From the NCBI GenBank assembly GCA_017625395.1, contig JAGALD010000006.1, positions 1-56,629 of the forward strand: a stretch of DNA of 56,629 bases. Reading direction: 5' to 3'. Numbering within the stretch: the stretch's first letter is position 1; each line of letters opens with the position of its first letter. Below are positions 10,570-18,678 of the stretch, in pieces. A model generated the notes under the pieces. It was not told the origin of the DNA and ran no database searches. It worked only from the letters and a program-made list of their open reading frames with translations. Position numbers and translations under genes: made by a program. The DNA comes from Bacilli bacterium (GTDB taxonomy: Bacteria > Bacillota_I > Bacilli_A > RF39 > UBA660).

Positions 10570-10585
10570 TAATTAGTCAGTTGAT

Positions 10586-10662
10586 GGACCCTTAGCTCAG
10601 TTGGTTAGAGCATCCGGCTCATAACCGGGCGGTCATAGGTTCGAGTCCTATAGGGTCCACCA
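10586..10662 (+). tRNA. tRNA with CAU anticodon (elongator Met or lysidine-dependent Ile2), CCA encoded
   Basis: Cloverleaf folded by hand: acceptor GGACCCT/AGGGTCC, D arm GCTC..GAGC, anticodon stem TCCGG/CCGGG with loop CTCATAA, T arm ATAGG-TTCGAGT-CCTAT. The G1-C72 pair excludes an initiator tRNA. Confidence 0.9.
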
Positions 10663-10671
10663 TTATATGTT

Positions 10672-10756
10672 GCGGGTGTGGCGGAATTGGCAGACGCACT
10701 AGACTTAGGATCTAGCGCCGTGAGGCTTGCAGGTTCAACTCCTGTCACCCGCACCA
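10672..10756 (+). tRNA. tRNA-Leu (UAG anticodon), long variable arm, CCA encoded
   Basis: Acceptor GCGGGTG/CACCCGC, anticodon stem CTAGA/TCTAG with loop CTTAGGA, long extra arm, T loop GGTTCAACTCC. Confidence 0.9.
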
Positions 10757-10766
10757 TTAGAGTTTC

Positions 10767-10805
10767 ACTTGAACTTTTCTATGCTCTAGAAAGTCAAGTT
10801 TTATA
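10767..10805 (+). terminator. rho-independent terminator after the tRNAs
   Basis: ACTTGAACTTTTCT...AGAAAGTCAAGT imperfect hairpin followed by TTTTAT. A second weaker hairpin plus T8 lies at ~10815..10850. Confidence 0.6.
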
Positions 10806-10898
10806 AGGAAAGTCGCTTGTTTGACAAAGTGATTTTTTTTGTTTGCTTGAGATTTTGGAGTGAAAGGAGTGTTGGATAATTATAAAATGGAAACTACT

Positions 10899-10986
10899 AT
10901 TAGAAATAGAACAGAAATCAATCGGAAATTAATCAGAAATGAAACGGAAATTATTCGGAAGTAAAACGGAAAAAAATCGGGAACTT
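10899..10986 (+). repeat. array of 8 direct repeats with exact 11-bp phasing (core [TA]C[GA]GAAAT)
   Basis: GAAAT-type cores at 10903, 10914, 10925, 10936, 10947, 10958 (GAAGT), 10969 (GAAAA) and 10980 (GGAAC). The array ends directly against an extended -10, TGATATAAT (10988..10996). Confidence 0.85.
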
Positions 10987-11034
10987 ATGATATAATATAA
11001 TCAAATAGAAAAATAGTAATTTATGGAGGAAACA

Positions 11035-11355
11035 ATGATAAAAAAAATATTATATTTTTTACCTTTTGTATTAGGATGTGCTTTATATGTTTTTTTGGGT
11101 ATAGTATCTTCGTTTGGTTCGATAAATCCTTTTGTATGGATAGCATTAGTAATGTTACTTGTTGCAGGATTACTTATGAAAGATAATAAATGGTGGGGGT
11201 GTTTTTTTGGAATAACTATAGGTATATTACTAATATATATGGGAAATCAAGAAACAGGACAAATTATTAAAGAAATACCATTTGGCATTATTATGTGCGT
11301 TTACTATATAATATGTGGAAAACTTTCTTATAAAAAATCTAGCAGAAAAGAGTAA
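11035..11355 (+). CDS. small integral membrane protein (106 aa, ~3-4 TM)
   Basis: The GGAGG inside ORF 11023 serves ATG 11035 (MIKKILYFLPF...). Hydrophobic throughout with a basic C-terminus. Confidence 0.6.
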   Translation: MIKKILYFLPFVLGCALYVFLGIVSSFGSINPFVWIALVMLLVAGLLMKDNKWWGCFFGITIGILLIYMGNQETGQIIKEIPFGIIMCVYYIICGKLSYKKSSRKE

Positions 11356-11419
11356 TAATATACAATTTATAGAGCAGAAAAAATGCTCTTTTTTAATTGG
11401 TGTAGTGATAAAAAGTACT

Positions 11420-11472
11420 GATGGAAATGAAACGGAAATTATTCGGAAATTAATCGGAAATCACTCGAATAG
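11420..11472 (+). repeat. second array of 4 (5) 11-bp-phased GAAAT repeats
   Basis: GAAAT at 11424, 11435, 11446 and 11457. The 25-mer GAAATGAAACGGAAATTATTCGGAA (11424..11448) is identical to 10936..10960. Confidence 0.85.
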
Positions 11473-11519
11473 CGATTTTTGGTATAGGAGTTTCAAAAGA
11501 CTTGTGATATACTGAAAAT

Positions 11520-11598
11520 GTCAACGAGGGACAGTTCATATAAGGTACGAGTATCGCACCATTTATAAAAATAATCTTGAGAAATCAAGATTTTTTTA
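11520..11598 (+). ncRNA. candidate short transcript (~75 nt) of unknown class
   Basis: An extended -10 TGATATACT (11505..11513) is followed ~60 nt later by an intrinsic terminator. There is no RBS-led ORF between them. Confidence 0.25.
11573..11598 (+). terminator. rho-independent terminator
   Basis: AATCTTGA-gaaa-TCAAGATT followed by a T-run. Confidence 0.65.
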
Positions 11599-11738
11599 AT
11601 TTATTAGAAGAAGAAATGTATAATTAAATATATTTCTTTTTTTATGATAAAATTAAGAAAAGATAACAGTTGAATTGTTATTAATATTTTGGTATTATAA
11701 CACTTGCGGATATTTATTATCGAAGTATGGGTGGTTTT

Positions 11739-12440
11739 ATGGATAAAAAAATAACAATAACAGATTTTTTAGATATATTATATACAACAGCACTACAACA
11801 ACCATTTTTTGAATTATTATTATCAGATATTTATACAATGATAAGAATTGTTGATGAATCATATGAGTTTAGGGACTTAAGAAGCATGATAGAGCCTTGT
11901 GATTTAAGTCAGGTAAATTTATTTAAAGGGCAAAGAATTGCAGGAAAAAGAATAATACCAAATATTTCTGAAGAAAGAAGAAAAGAAATTGAAGAAAAGT
12001 ATCAACACATAATAGATAGATGTAATGATTTAATGTATGCTAACCATTTAATAGAATTAACAGGTGAAGAAACAAATGAATTAGCAAGTATTGAATTAGA
12101 TTCACCAGATGGAATATATACTCTAGGACATAGTGACATGGGATATTCATCTAGTGAAATTATCGTATATACTGATGGAGAAATAGAAAACGTAGAACCT
12201 GATGATAGCCCTATAGATAGAAATTATTCCTCAATAAGAAACATAAAAATATCAAATTCTACATATACAATTCTTAAAATGATGCGTGATAATGAACCAA
12301 CATATATATCTGCAAAAAGTAAGATTTTAAGTAATCACCATATACTTGGAGAAATAAAAAATGTAATTAGTGGAAGAACAAGTCATTATAAATTATTAGA
12401 CAGAGAAAATCCAAAAGTATATATATTAAGACGACAATAG
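11739..12440 (+). CDS. hypothetical protein (233 aa)
   Basis: GGGTGG RBS before ATG 11739 (ORF track start is 11727). No motif recognised. It lies 7 nt upstream of the next gene. Confidence 0.55.
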   Translation: MDKKITITDFLDILYTTALQQPFFELLLSDIYTMIRIVDESYEFRDLRSMIEPCDLSQVNLFKGQRIAGKRIIPNISEERRKEIEEKYQHIIDRCNDLMYANHLIELTGEETNELASIELDSPDGIYTLGHSDMGYSSSEIIVYTDGEIENVEPDDSPIDRNYSSIRNIKISNSTYTILKMMRDNEPTYISAKSKILSNHHILGEIKNVISGRTSHYKLLDRENPKVYILRRQ

Positions 12441-12447
12441 AAAGGAT

Positions 12448-13059
12448 ATGCAAAATATGACAGTAGAACCGTATTTTTTTCACGGTATTAGAAGATTAAA
12501 TTTAGATGCTTTATATAAAATTATTGATAGTGGTTATATATTACCAAGAAGCATGTTAAATGGCGCAGTTACAGATTGTAATAACATATTTAATGGTAAT
12601 AGTTGGATATCAATTTCCCAAAAAAGTTTATATGATCCCACTGGTATGAGATATTTTAGAGATTCCTACAGTGAATGGATTCCAAATAATCTTTGTATTG
12701 TGATAAACCCTAATATAAAAGATATAAGATATACCAATTATATAGATGCAGACGAATTTTATCCAGATGAAAGAAAAAGATTAGTAAAAGACGAATCTGA
12801 TACAAGATATTCATATTATATAGACGAAGTACAAACTAAAAAACCAATTTTTATAGATGATTTTTTAGCAATAGGATATCCATTAGAAAGATTTAAATCA
12901 ATTAAATCTCAAGAAGAAATAGATAAAGATCTAGAAACAATTTATAGTATGTTAGAACAAAAAGGAATAACAATACCAGTTTTAAATAGTAGTATTGAAT
13001 CATTTGCTGATAATGAAAAACAAATGATTTTATCAAAAATAAAAAGACCTAAAAAATAA
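12448..13059 (+). CDS. hypothetical protein with possible ADP-ribosyltransferase-like (H-Y-E type) motifs
   Basis: YFFHGIRRLNLDALYKIIDSGYILP resembles the H-G...NL..I...G motif 1 of PARP/Tpt1/DarT-type ART folds. A later YYIDEVQTKKPIFIDDFLAI could supply the catalytic Glu strand. Motif-level guess only. Confidence 0.5.
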   Translation: MQNMTVEPYFFHGIRRLNLDALYKIIDSGYILPRSMLNGAVTDCNNIFNGNSWISISQKSLYDPTGMRYFRDSYSEWIPNNLCIVINPNIKDIRYTNYIDADEFYPDERKRLVKDESDTRYSYYIDEVQTKKPIFIDDFLAIGYPLERFKSIKSQEEIDKDLETIYSMLEQKGITIPVLNSSIESFADNEKQMILSKIKRPKK

Positions 13060-13062
13060 CTA

Positions 13063-13085
13063 AAACTTCCGTAAGGAAGTTTTAT
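13063..13085 (+). terminator. rho-independent terminator
   Basis: AAACTTCC-gtaa-GGAAGTTT followed by TATT. Confidence 0.65.
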
Positions 13086-13233
13086 TAGTATACTAATAAA
13101 TAATAAGGAAAAACTAGTAATACACACACATAATATTTACATGTTTAGTTGACACTTTGAGTTGACTGTTTTTATTTACTATTAAATAATTTTATTGTAT
13201 TATATTATTTGTAATTAATATGCAGGTGATAAT

Positions 13234-14034
13234 ATGGAGAATGTTAAAATTGTATTTGTAGATTTAGATGGAACATTAAAAGATAATGAAGGAAAAGTAA
13301 GTATAAGAAATAAAAAAGTTTTTGAAAGATTGATGGATAAAGGAATCAATATAGTAATAGCAACTGGAAGATCATTACCGGATGCAATGACTTACAGTAA
13401 ACAATTTTCTACAAGTAATTATGTTATCTCATCTAATGGTGCAGAAATATATAATTATCTAACAAAAGAAACTATATATAAAAGTATAATTTCAAAAACA
13501 GATGTTTTAATGATTGATGAACTTGTACAAAAATATGATTTGTTTTTTATAGCAAATTGTCTAGATAAAACATACACTAACAAACCATATAATGAGCCAG
13601 GTAAAAAAGTCGTTTCAACACTAAAAGAAATAGAAGAAGATATTTCACAAATAATAATTGAATCATTTGAACTTGAAAAAATGAAATTATTTAGAAGAGA
13701 TTTTGGAAATATAGAACATTTAAAGATATCAAACAAATCAAGAAATCCTGAAAACACTGATGAAATATTATTCTATGATATTACATGCAATGATGTTTCA
13801 AAAGGAAATGCGGTCAAAATATTATGTGAATATTTAAAAATAAATATGGATAAAACAATGGCTATTGGAGACTCAAACAACGATTTAGAAATGCTTCAAA
13901 ATGTTCAAGTAAAAGTGGCTATGAATAATGCAACCGAAGATATTAAAAAAATTGCTAACTATATAACATTATCAAACGAACAAGAAGGAGTAGCAATTAT
14001 TTTAGAAAAACTATATAGTGAAATAGATAATTAA
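13234..14034 (+). CDS. Cof-type HAD-IIB phosphatase
   Basis: FVDLDGTL (motif I), ATGRS, GDSNNDLEM (motif IV). AGGTGA RBS. Confidence 0.85.
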   Translation: MENVKIVFVDLDGTLKDNEGKVSIRNKKVFERLMDKGINIVIATGRSLPDAMTYSKQFSTSNYVISSNGAEIYNYLTKETIYKSIISKTDVLMIDELVQKYDLFFIANCLDKTYTNKPYNEPGKKVVSTLKEIEEDISQIIIESFELEKMKLFRRDFGNIEHLKISNKSRNPENTDEILFYDITCNDVSKGNAVKILCEYLKINMDKTMAIGDSNNDLEMLQNVQVKVAMNNATEDIKKIANYITLSNEQEGVAIILEKLYSEIDN

Positions 14035-14045
14035 AAGGAGAAATT

Positions 14046-16037
14046 ATGATTGGTATAAAAAAAGAAGAACCTAGCGATATTAAAAAAATAATAGATAATA
14101 TCAGAGCTCTTGGTATTGATATGATTGATGAAGCCAAAAGTGGTCATCCTGGAATTGTTTTAGGAGCTGCTCCTATAATAACAACTTTATATGCAAATCA
14201 CATCAAAGTTGATATAAATGATGATAAATGGATAAATAGAGATAGATTCGTTATGTCTGCAGGACATGGATCAGCACTTTTATATTCAACACTTTTTATG
14301 GCAGGATACAATATACCTTTTGAAGAACTTAAAAACTTTAGACAAATGAATTCACAAACTCCTGGACATCCTGAAATAGGTGTTACAAAAGGAGTTGACG
14401 TATCAACCGGTCCATTAGGAGAAGGACTAGCAACAAGTGTAGGTATTGCAATCAGTGAATGTTATTTACGACAACACTTCGGAAAAGATCTTATAAATTA
14501 TTATACATATGTATTATGCGGAGATGGAGACCTTATGGAAGGTATAAGCTATGAGGCATGTTCTCTAGCAGGACTTCTAGAACTTAATAAATTAATAGTA
14601 TTATATGACTCTAACGATGTTACACTAGATGGGGCTTTAAAAACCTCTTTTAATGAAAATATTAAAAACAGATTTGAAGCAATGAATTGGAATTATCTAT
14701 TGGTAAGTGATGGAGAAAACACAGAAAGCATAGATGAAGCAATAAATAAAGCAAAATCACAATCTAATAAACCAACTATAATTGAAATTAAAACTACTAT
14801 AGGAAAATACAGTAAAAACGAGGGAACTTCTACTGTACATGGTTCTCCATTAGAGAAAGAAGATATAACAGATATTAAAAACAAACTTGGATTAAGAGAT
14901 ATACCTTTTACAATTTCCCTTGAAGTAAAAGACTCATTCCAAGAAAAAATTGTTTCAAGAAATACACAAGTAATAGAACAGTGGTATTCAAAATACAACA
15001 ATCTAAATAGTAGTGAACTACAAGAACTAGAAAAATTAGTTCATAATAGAAAACCAATCAAAATAAAAGACATTTATTATAATTCACCAGATGATGGAAA
15101 AGATGCGACAAGAAATGTCTCAGGAAAAATAATCAATTCAATTGCAACAACATATCCATTTATAATTGGTGGATCTGCTGACGTATCAAAATCAACAACA
15201 GCAAGAATAAACGACACCCTTGACTTTAGCGCAAATACACCAAGCGGAAGAAACATCAATTTTGGAATAAGAGAAAATGCAATGGCTGCAATTGCAAATG
15301 GTATGGCACTTTGTAATTTGACACCATTTGTATCAACATTCTTTTCATTTTCTGATTACCTAAAACCTGGTATTAGAATGAGTGCACTTATGGATTTACC
15401 TGTCATTTACGTGTTTACTCATGATTCGATAAGTGTTGGAGAAGATGGGCCAACACATCAACCGGTAGAGCAATTAGTTTCACTAAGAAGTATTCCAAAT
15501 TTTGATACATATCGTCCAGCTGACGCAAATGAAGTAATTGGTTCATATAAAGCAATATTAGAACTTAGAAAACCAGCTGCATTAGTATTAGGAAGAAACA
15601 AAGTAAAAATACAAGAATCAACTAACAGTAGTGAAGTAATTAATGGAGCTTATATAGTAAAAAAAGAAAATAAAAAATTAGAAGGAATCATTATATCAAC
15701 TGGAGAAGAATTAGAACTTGCCATGGATGTATATAATAACCTAATAGAAAAAGGATATGGAATTAGATTAGTAAGTATGCCATCCATGTCAAGATTTGAA
15801 AAACAAAAAGATGAATATAAAGAAGAAATTCTACCTAAGAATGTTAAAACATTTGTAATTGAAGCATCATCTTCTATGTCATGGTACAAATATGTAAAAG
15901 ACAGTAATTATTTATTTACTGTAGATGATTTTGGTGCTAGTGGAAAAAGAAAAGAAGTCTTAGAAAAATATGGATTAACAACAGAAAATATCCAACCAAA
16001 AATTGAACAATTATTAAACGAAAACAAAAAGAAATAG
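14046..16037 (+). CDS. tkt: transketolase
   Basis: SGHPG, ThDP motif GDGDLMEGISYEA, HDSISVGEDGPTHQP. 663 aa. Confidence 0.95.
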   Translation: MIGIKKEEPSDIKKIIDNIRALGIDMIDEAKSGHPGIVLGAAPIITTLYANHIKVDINDDKWINRDRFVMSAGHGSALLYSTLFMAGYNIPFEELKNFRQMNSQTPGHPEIGVTKGVDVSTGPLGEGLATSVGIAISECYLRQHFGKDLINYYTYVLCGDGDLMEGISYEACSLAGLLELNKLIVLYDSNDVTLDGALKTSFNENIKNRFEAMNWNYLLVSDGENTESIDEAINKAKSQSNKPTIIEIKTTIGKYSKNEGTSTVHGSPLEKEDITDIKNKLGLRDIPFTISLEVKDSFQEKIVSRNTQVIEQWYSKYNNLNSSELQELEKLVHNRKPIKIKDIYYNSPDDGKDATRNVSGKIINSIATTYPFIIGGSADVSKSTTARINDTLDFSANTPSGRNINFGIRENAMAAIANGMALCNLTPFVSTFFSFSDYLKPGIRMSALMDLPVIYVFTHDSISVGEDGPTHQPVEQLVSLRSIPNFDTYRPADANEVIGSYKAILELRKPAALVLGRNKVKIQESTNSSEVINGAYIVKKENKKLEGIIISTGEELELAMDVYNNLIEKGYGIRLVSMPSMSRFEKQKDEYKEEILPKNVKTFVIEASSSMSWYKYVKDSNYLFTVDDFGASGKRKEVLEKYGLTTENIQPKIEQLLNENKKK

Positions 16038-16053
16038 CAATATTTCTTTTTTT
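16030..16053 (+). terminator. rho-independent terminator after tkt
   Basis: AGAAATA-gcaa-TATTTCT followed by T6. Confidence 0.6.
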
Positions 16054-16100
16054 CGACTTAATTCGCCATTGTAATTTAATATTATGATATTGGTGATTAT

Positions 16101-16526
16101 ATGAGGATATATTATGCATTTAAAATAAAAAAAGAATTCTATGATATTTATAAAGAAACCCCAAGTGTTTTGTATAATTTCTTAAACCAATTATATTATT
16201 TTAAAAAAGAAGACTTAGATTATGGAAATGAATTATTTAGACAAATTGCAAATAAATTTGATAAAGAAGAATTAGACAAAAGACTATTCATAAAACTACA
16301 TAACAAAATGAAATATTGTAAAAGAGGAGACGAACATATTATTAATAATCTATATCGTGATGAAGTAAGTATTATGAAAATTAAAAAAAGTTATATTGTT
16401 ATTAACTCAAATAAAAACTGTACAGAGTTTTTTGACTTTCTAAATGAAGAAGATGATTCAATATTTATTTGTGACTTTAATAATCATGACTATTTTTATG
16501 CTAATCAAGTAAAAATGCTTGTATAA
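16101..16526 (+). CDS. sirA: SirA (YneE)-like sporulation inhibitor of replication (putative)
   Basis: MRIYYAFKIKKEFYDIY... parallels B. subtilis SirA MERHYYTYLIKEEFANHY. The tkt-sirA-yneF order is conserved. Confidence 0.45.
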   Translation: MRIYYAFKIKKEFYDIYKETPSVLYNFLNQLYYFKKEDLDYGNELFRQIANKFDKEELDKRLFIKLHNKMKYCKRGDEHIINNLYRDEVSIMKIKKSYIVINSNKNCTEFFDFLNEEDDSIFICDFNNHDYFYANQVKMLV

Positions 16527-16568
16527 ATTTAATATTTCTAGTATATTATGTACAGGAGATGATTAATA

Positions 16569-16784
16569 ATGGAATTATTCTTAGATATATTAAAAGTATT
16601 AGGAATTTTAATCGTTGGTGCTGTAATTGGTTTCTTTATAGCAAGACATTACATGATGAAATATTTAAAGAAGAACCCACCAATAAATGAAGAAATGATA
16701 AAAGCACTAATGTCACAAATGGGAAGAACACCTTCACAAAAACAAGTAAATCAAATGATGAAACAAATGGAAAAGTATATGTAA
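16569..16784 (+). CDS. yneF: UPF0154 membrane protein YneF
   Basis: [45 protein letters not shown] is nearly collinear with B. subtilis YneF. Confidence 0.85.
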   Translation: MELFLDILKVLGILIVGAVIGFFIARHYMMKYLKKNPPINEEMIKALMSQMGRTPSQKQVNQMMKQMEKYM

Positions 16785-16796
16785 GTATACTTTTTT
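16771..16796 (+). terminator. rho-independent terminator
   Basis: AAAAGTATA-tgtaag-TATACTTTT followed by TT. Confidence 0.6.
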
Positions 16797-16825
16797 ATAT
16801 TATAAAAATAAAATAAAACTTATTA

Positions 16826-16854
16826 TTGACGTAAAGAGATTCATATGTTAAAAT
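16826..16854 (+). promoter_or_regulatory. sigma-A promoter of the rplU operon
   Basis: TTGACG, 17 nt, TAAAAT, with TG at -15/-14. Confidence 0.6.
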
Positions 16855-16859
16855 TAATA

Positions 16860-16950
16860 CGTTTGTAGCCTCTATAGCTCAAACCGCATTGAAAAGGTTA
16901 AAACTATTTAGTACCTTAAGAGCGAGTCAGAATTATAAAAAAGGAGGAAA
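16860..16950 (+). promoter_or_regulatory. 5' leader of the rplU-prp-rpmA operon (L21-leader-type position)
   Basis: ~95-nt untranslated leader between the promoter and the RBS, as in Firmicute L21 leaders. Structure was not verified by hand. Confidence 0.4.
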
Positions 16951-16954
16951 ATAC

Positions 16955-17257
16955 ATGAAAGCAGTTATTAAAGTTGGTGGAAAACAAGTTCTTGCATCTT
17001 TAGGAGATACTATTTATGTAGAAAAGATTAATGGAAACGTTGGAGATGTTGTTAGATTTAACGAAGTATTAATGCTTGATTCTAAAGTAGGTAATCCTTA
17101 TGTTGATGGTGCAGTTGTTGAAGGTAAGATTGAAAAACAAGGTAAACAAAAGAAAATCTTAGTGTTCAAATACAAACAAAAAGATAGAGCAAATCGTCGT
17201 ACACATGGACACAGACAACCTTATACAAAAGTAACTATTACTAAAATTGAAGGATAA
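16955..17257 (+). CDS. rplU: 50S ribosomal protein L21
   Basis: AAGGAGG RBS then MKAVIKVGGKQV... The ORF-track start at 16889 is an in-frame upstream extension through the leader. Confidence 0.95.
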   Translation: MKAVIKVGGKQVLASLGDTIYVEKINGNVGDVVRFNEVLMLDSKVGNPYVDGAVVEGKIEKQGKQKKILVFKYKQKDRANRRTHGHRQPYTKVTITKIEG

Positions 17258-17259
17258 TA

Positions 17260-17574
17260 ATGATAAGAGTAAAAATATCAAATAAAAATAATTTAGTTAA
17301 TCAAGTTCAAATACTTGGACATGCTGACTATGACGAATACGGAAAAGATATCGTATGTAGTGCTGTATCAAGTATTGTTACAACTACAATTAATGGAATA
17401 TTAATGTTTGATAAAAATTATATTTCATATAGTGAAAATAAAGATAAATTTGAAATTATAATTAATGTTCACAATGAAATAGTAGATAATCTAATAAATA
17501 ACATGTTAAATATGTTAAAAGAAATAGAAGTTGATTATCCTAAGAATATTAAATTAAAGGAGGAGAACTTATGA
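17260..17574 (+). CDS. prp: ribosomal-processing cysteine protease Prp
   Basis: [21 protein letters not shown] (His/Cys dyad context), located between rplU and rpmA. Confidence 0.9.
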   Translation: MIRVKISNKNNLVNQVQILGHADYDEYGKDIVCSAVSSIVTTTINGILMFDKNYISYSENKDKFEIIINVHNEIVDNLINNMLNMLKEIEVDYPKNIKLKEENL

Positions 17575-17861
17575 ATATGTTAAAGTTAAATTTACAATTA
17601 TTCGCTCACCACAAAGGACAAGGTTCTACATCTAATGGACGTGACTCTGCTGGACGTAGACTTGGTGCTAAAGCAAGTGACGGAGAATTTGTTACTGCTG
17701 GATCTATTTTATATCGTCAAAGAGGAACAAAAATTCATCCAGGTGTTAACGTAAGAAGAGGTAGTGACGATACACTATATACTACTGTAGCTGGTGTTGT
17801 TAAATTTGAACGTTTAGGAAAAGATAGCAAACAAGTTAGTTGTTATCCAGTTGCTGAATAA
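17571..17861 (+). CDS. rpmA: 50S ribosomal protein L27 with Prp-cleaved N-terminal extension
   Basis: [26 protein letters not shown]. The extension ends in the Prp cleavage context (F-A). Confidence 0.95.
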   Translation: MNMLKLNLQLFAHHKGQGSTSNGRDSAGRRLGAKASDGEFVTAGSILYRQRGTKIHPGVNVRRGSDDTLYTTVAGVVKFERLGKDSKQVSCYPVAE

Positions 17862-17873
17862 TTAGTATTACAA

Positions 17874-17900
17874 AAAGAAGCATTTGCTTCTTTTTATTTT
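17874..17900 (+). terminator. rho-independent terminator
   Basis: AAAGAAGC-attt-GCTTCTTT followed by TTATTTT. Confidence 0.7.
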
Positions 17901-17942
17901 TATAATATTATGTTATAATAGCTCTTACTTGGGGGTAATACT

Positions 17943-18674
17943 ATGAGTATGTTAGTAAGTGATTATGACGGAACATATGCAAATGGAGAAAGAAATATAA
18001 ACCTAAATTCATATGCAATAAATGGTCTTTTGTCAACAGGACACACATTTGTATTATCAAGTGGAAGAAGTTATGAATCTTTGTTAAGAAAAACTAGAAT
18101 AAATGAAATACCATATTCATATTTAGGATGTGCAGATGGTAATTTTCTATTTGATAGTGAAGGAAACTTACTACAAGGATTCTTTATGTCACACGAGATA
18201 ATAGATAAAATTGAGAAATTGAAAAAAGCTGCTTTATATGAGAGAATAGATTATACATACGAAAGAGAATATTCAACCATTTACAAGCCAAATGAAAAGT
18301 TAGGTAGTATTTCTTTTGTAGTAAAAGAATCAAATAGAACAGATGAATTATTAGAAGAATATAATAGACTTAAAGAAGAAAATCCTGACTATAATTTTAT
18401 GCCTTATTCGTATAATGGTACAATATATTTTATGATAAGACCAAAAGGAGTATCAAAAAGCAGTCCTATAATATATCTTCAAGATAAGCTACAAATACCA
18501 AATAGTGAAATATTTACTATTGGTGATGGTGATAATGATTTAGAAATGATAAGAGACTACAATGGTTTTGTTATAGGAGATAACAAGGCTTTACATGAAG
18601 TTGCATTAGGAGAATATCATTCGGTTCATGCTTTAGCCGATGATATTGCAAAGAAAAAAGTAAAAAGGAGGTAA
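17943..18674 (+). CDS. HAD-IIB family hydrolase
   Basis: SDYDGT (motif I variant), SSGRS, GDGDNDLEM. Confidence 0.7.
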   Translation: MSMLVSDYDGTYANGERNINLNSYAINGLLSTGHTFVLSSGRSYESLLRKTRINEIPYSYLGCADGNFLFDSEGNLLQGFFMSHEIIDKIEKLKKAALYERIDYTYEREYSTIYKPNEKLGSISFVVKESNRTDELLEEYNRLKEENPDYNFMPYSYNGTIYFMIRPKGVSKSSPIIYLQDKLQIPNSEIFTIGDGDNDLEMIRDYNGFVIGDNKALHEVALGEYHSVHALADDIAKKKVKRR

Positions 18675-18678
18675 TAAT

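Noticed and set aside
10888-10965. 25-codon ORF METTIRNRTEINRKLIRNETEIIRK inside the first repeat array (considered as a leader peptide)
   Set aside because: The nearest SD-like sequence is ~20 nt away, and the periodic peptide is a by-product of the 11-bp repeat. There is no attenuator structure following it.
11315-11515. 66-aa ORF overlapping the end of the membrane-protein gene and running through the second repeat array
   Set aside because: No RBS. Its sequence (..NETEIIRKLIGNHS..) is simply the 11-bp repeat read in frame. It is better explained as non-coding regulatory DNA.
11521-11560. Two ACGA tetranucleotides suggested a guanidine-II (mini-ykkC) riboswitch
   Set aside because: The ACGA motifs are not presented in G-C-closed tetraloops, the flanking bases do not pair, and there is no downstream transporter gene.
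10405-13233. tRNA-adjacent integrated island (looked for an integrase and tRNA 3'-end direct repeat)
   Set aside because: No integrase or recombinase ORF, and no duplicated copy of the tRNA-Leu 3' end was found. The repeated 25-mer belongs to the 11-bp arrays, not to an att site.
16889-16954. N-terminal 22-aa extension of L21 in the ORF track
   Set aside because: The AAGGAGG RBS sits just before ATG 16955, and the product from there matches canonical L21 (MKAVIKVGGKQ). The extension is the untranslated operon leader read in frame.
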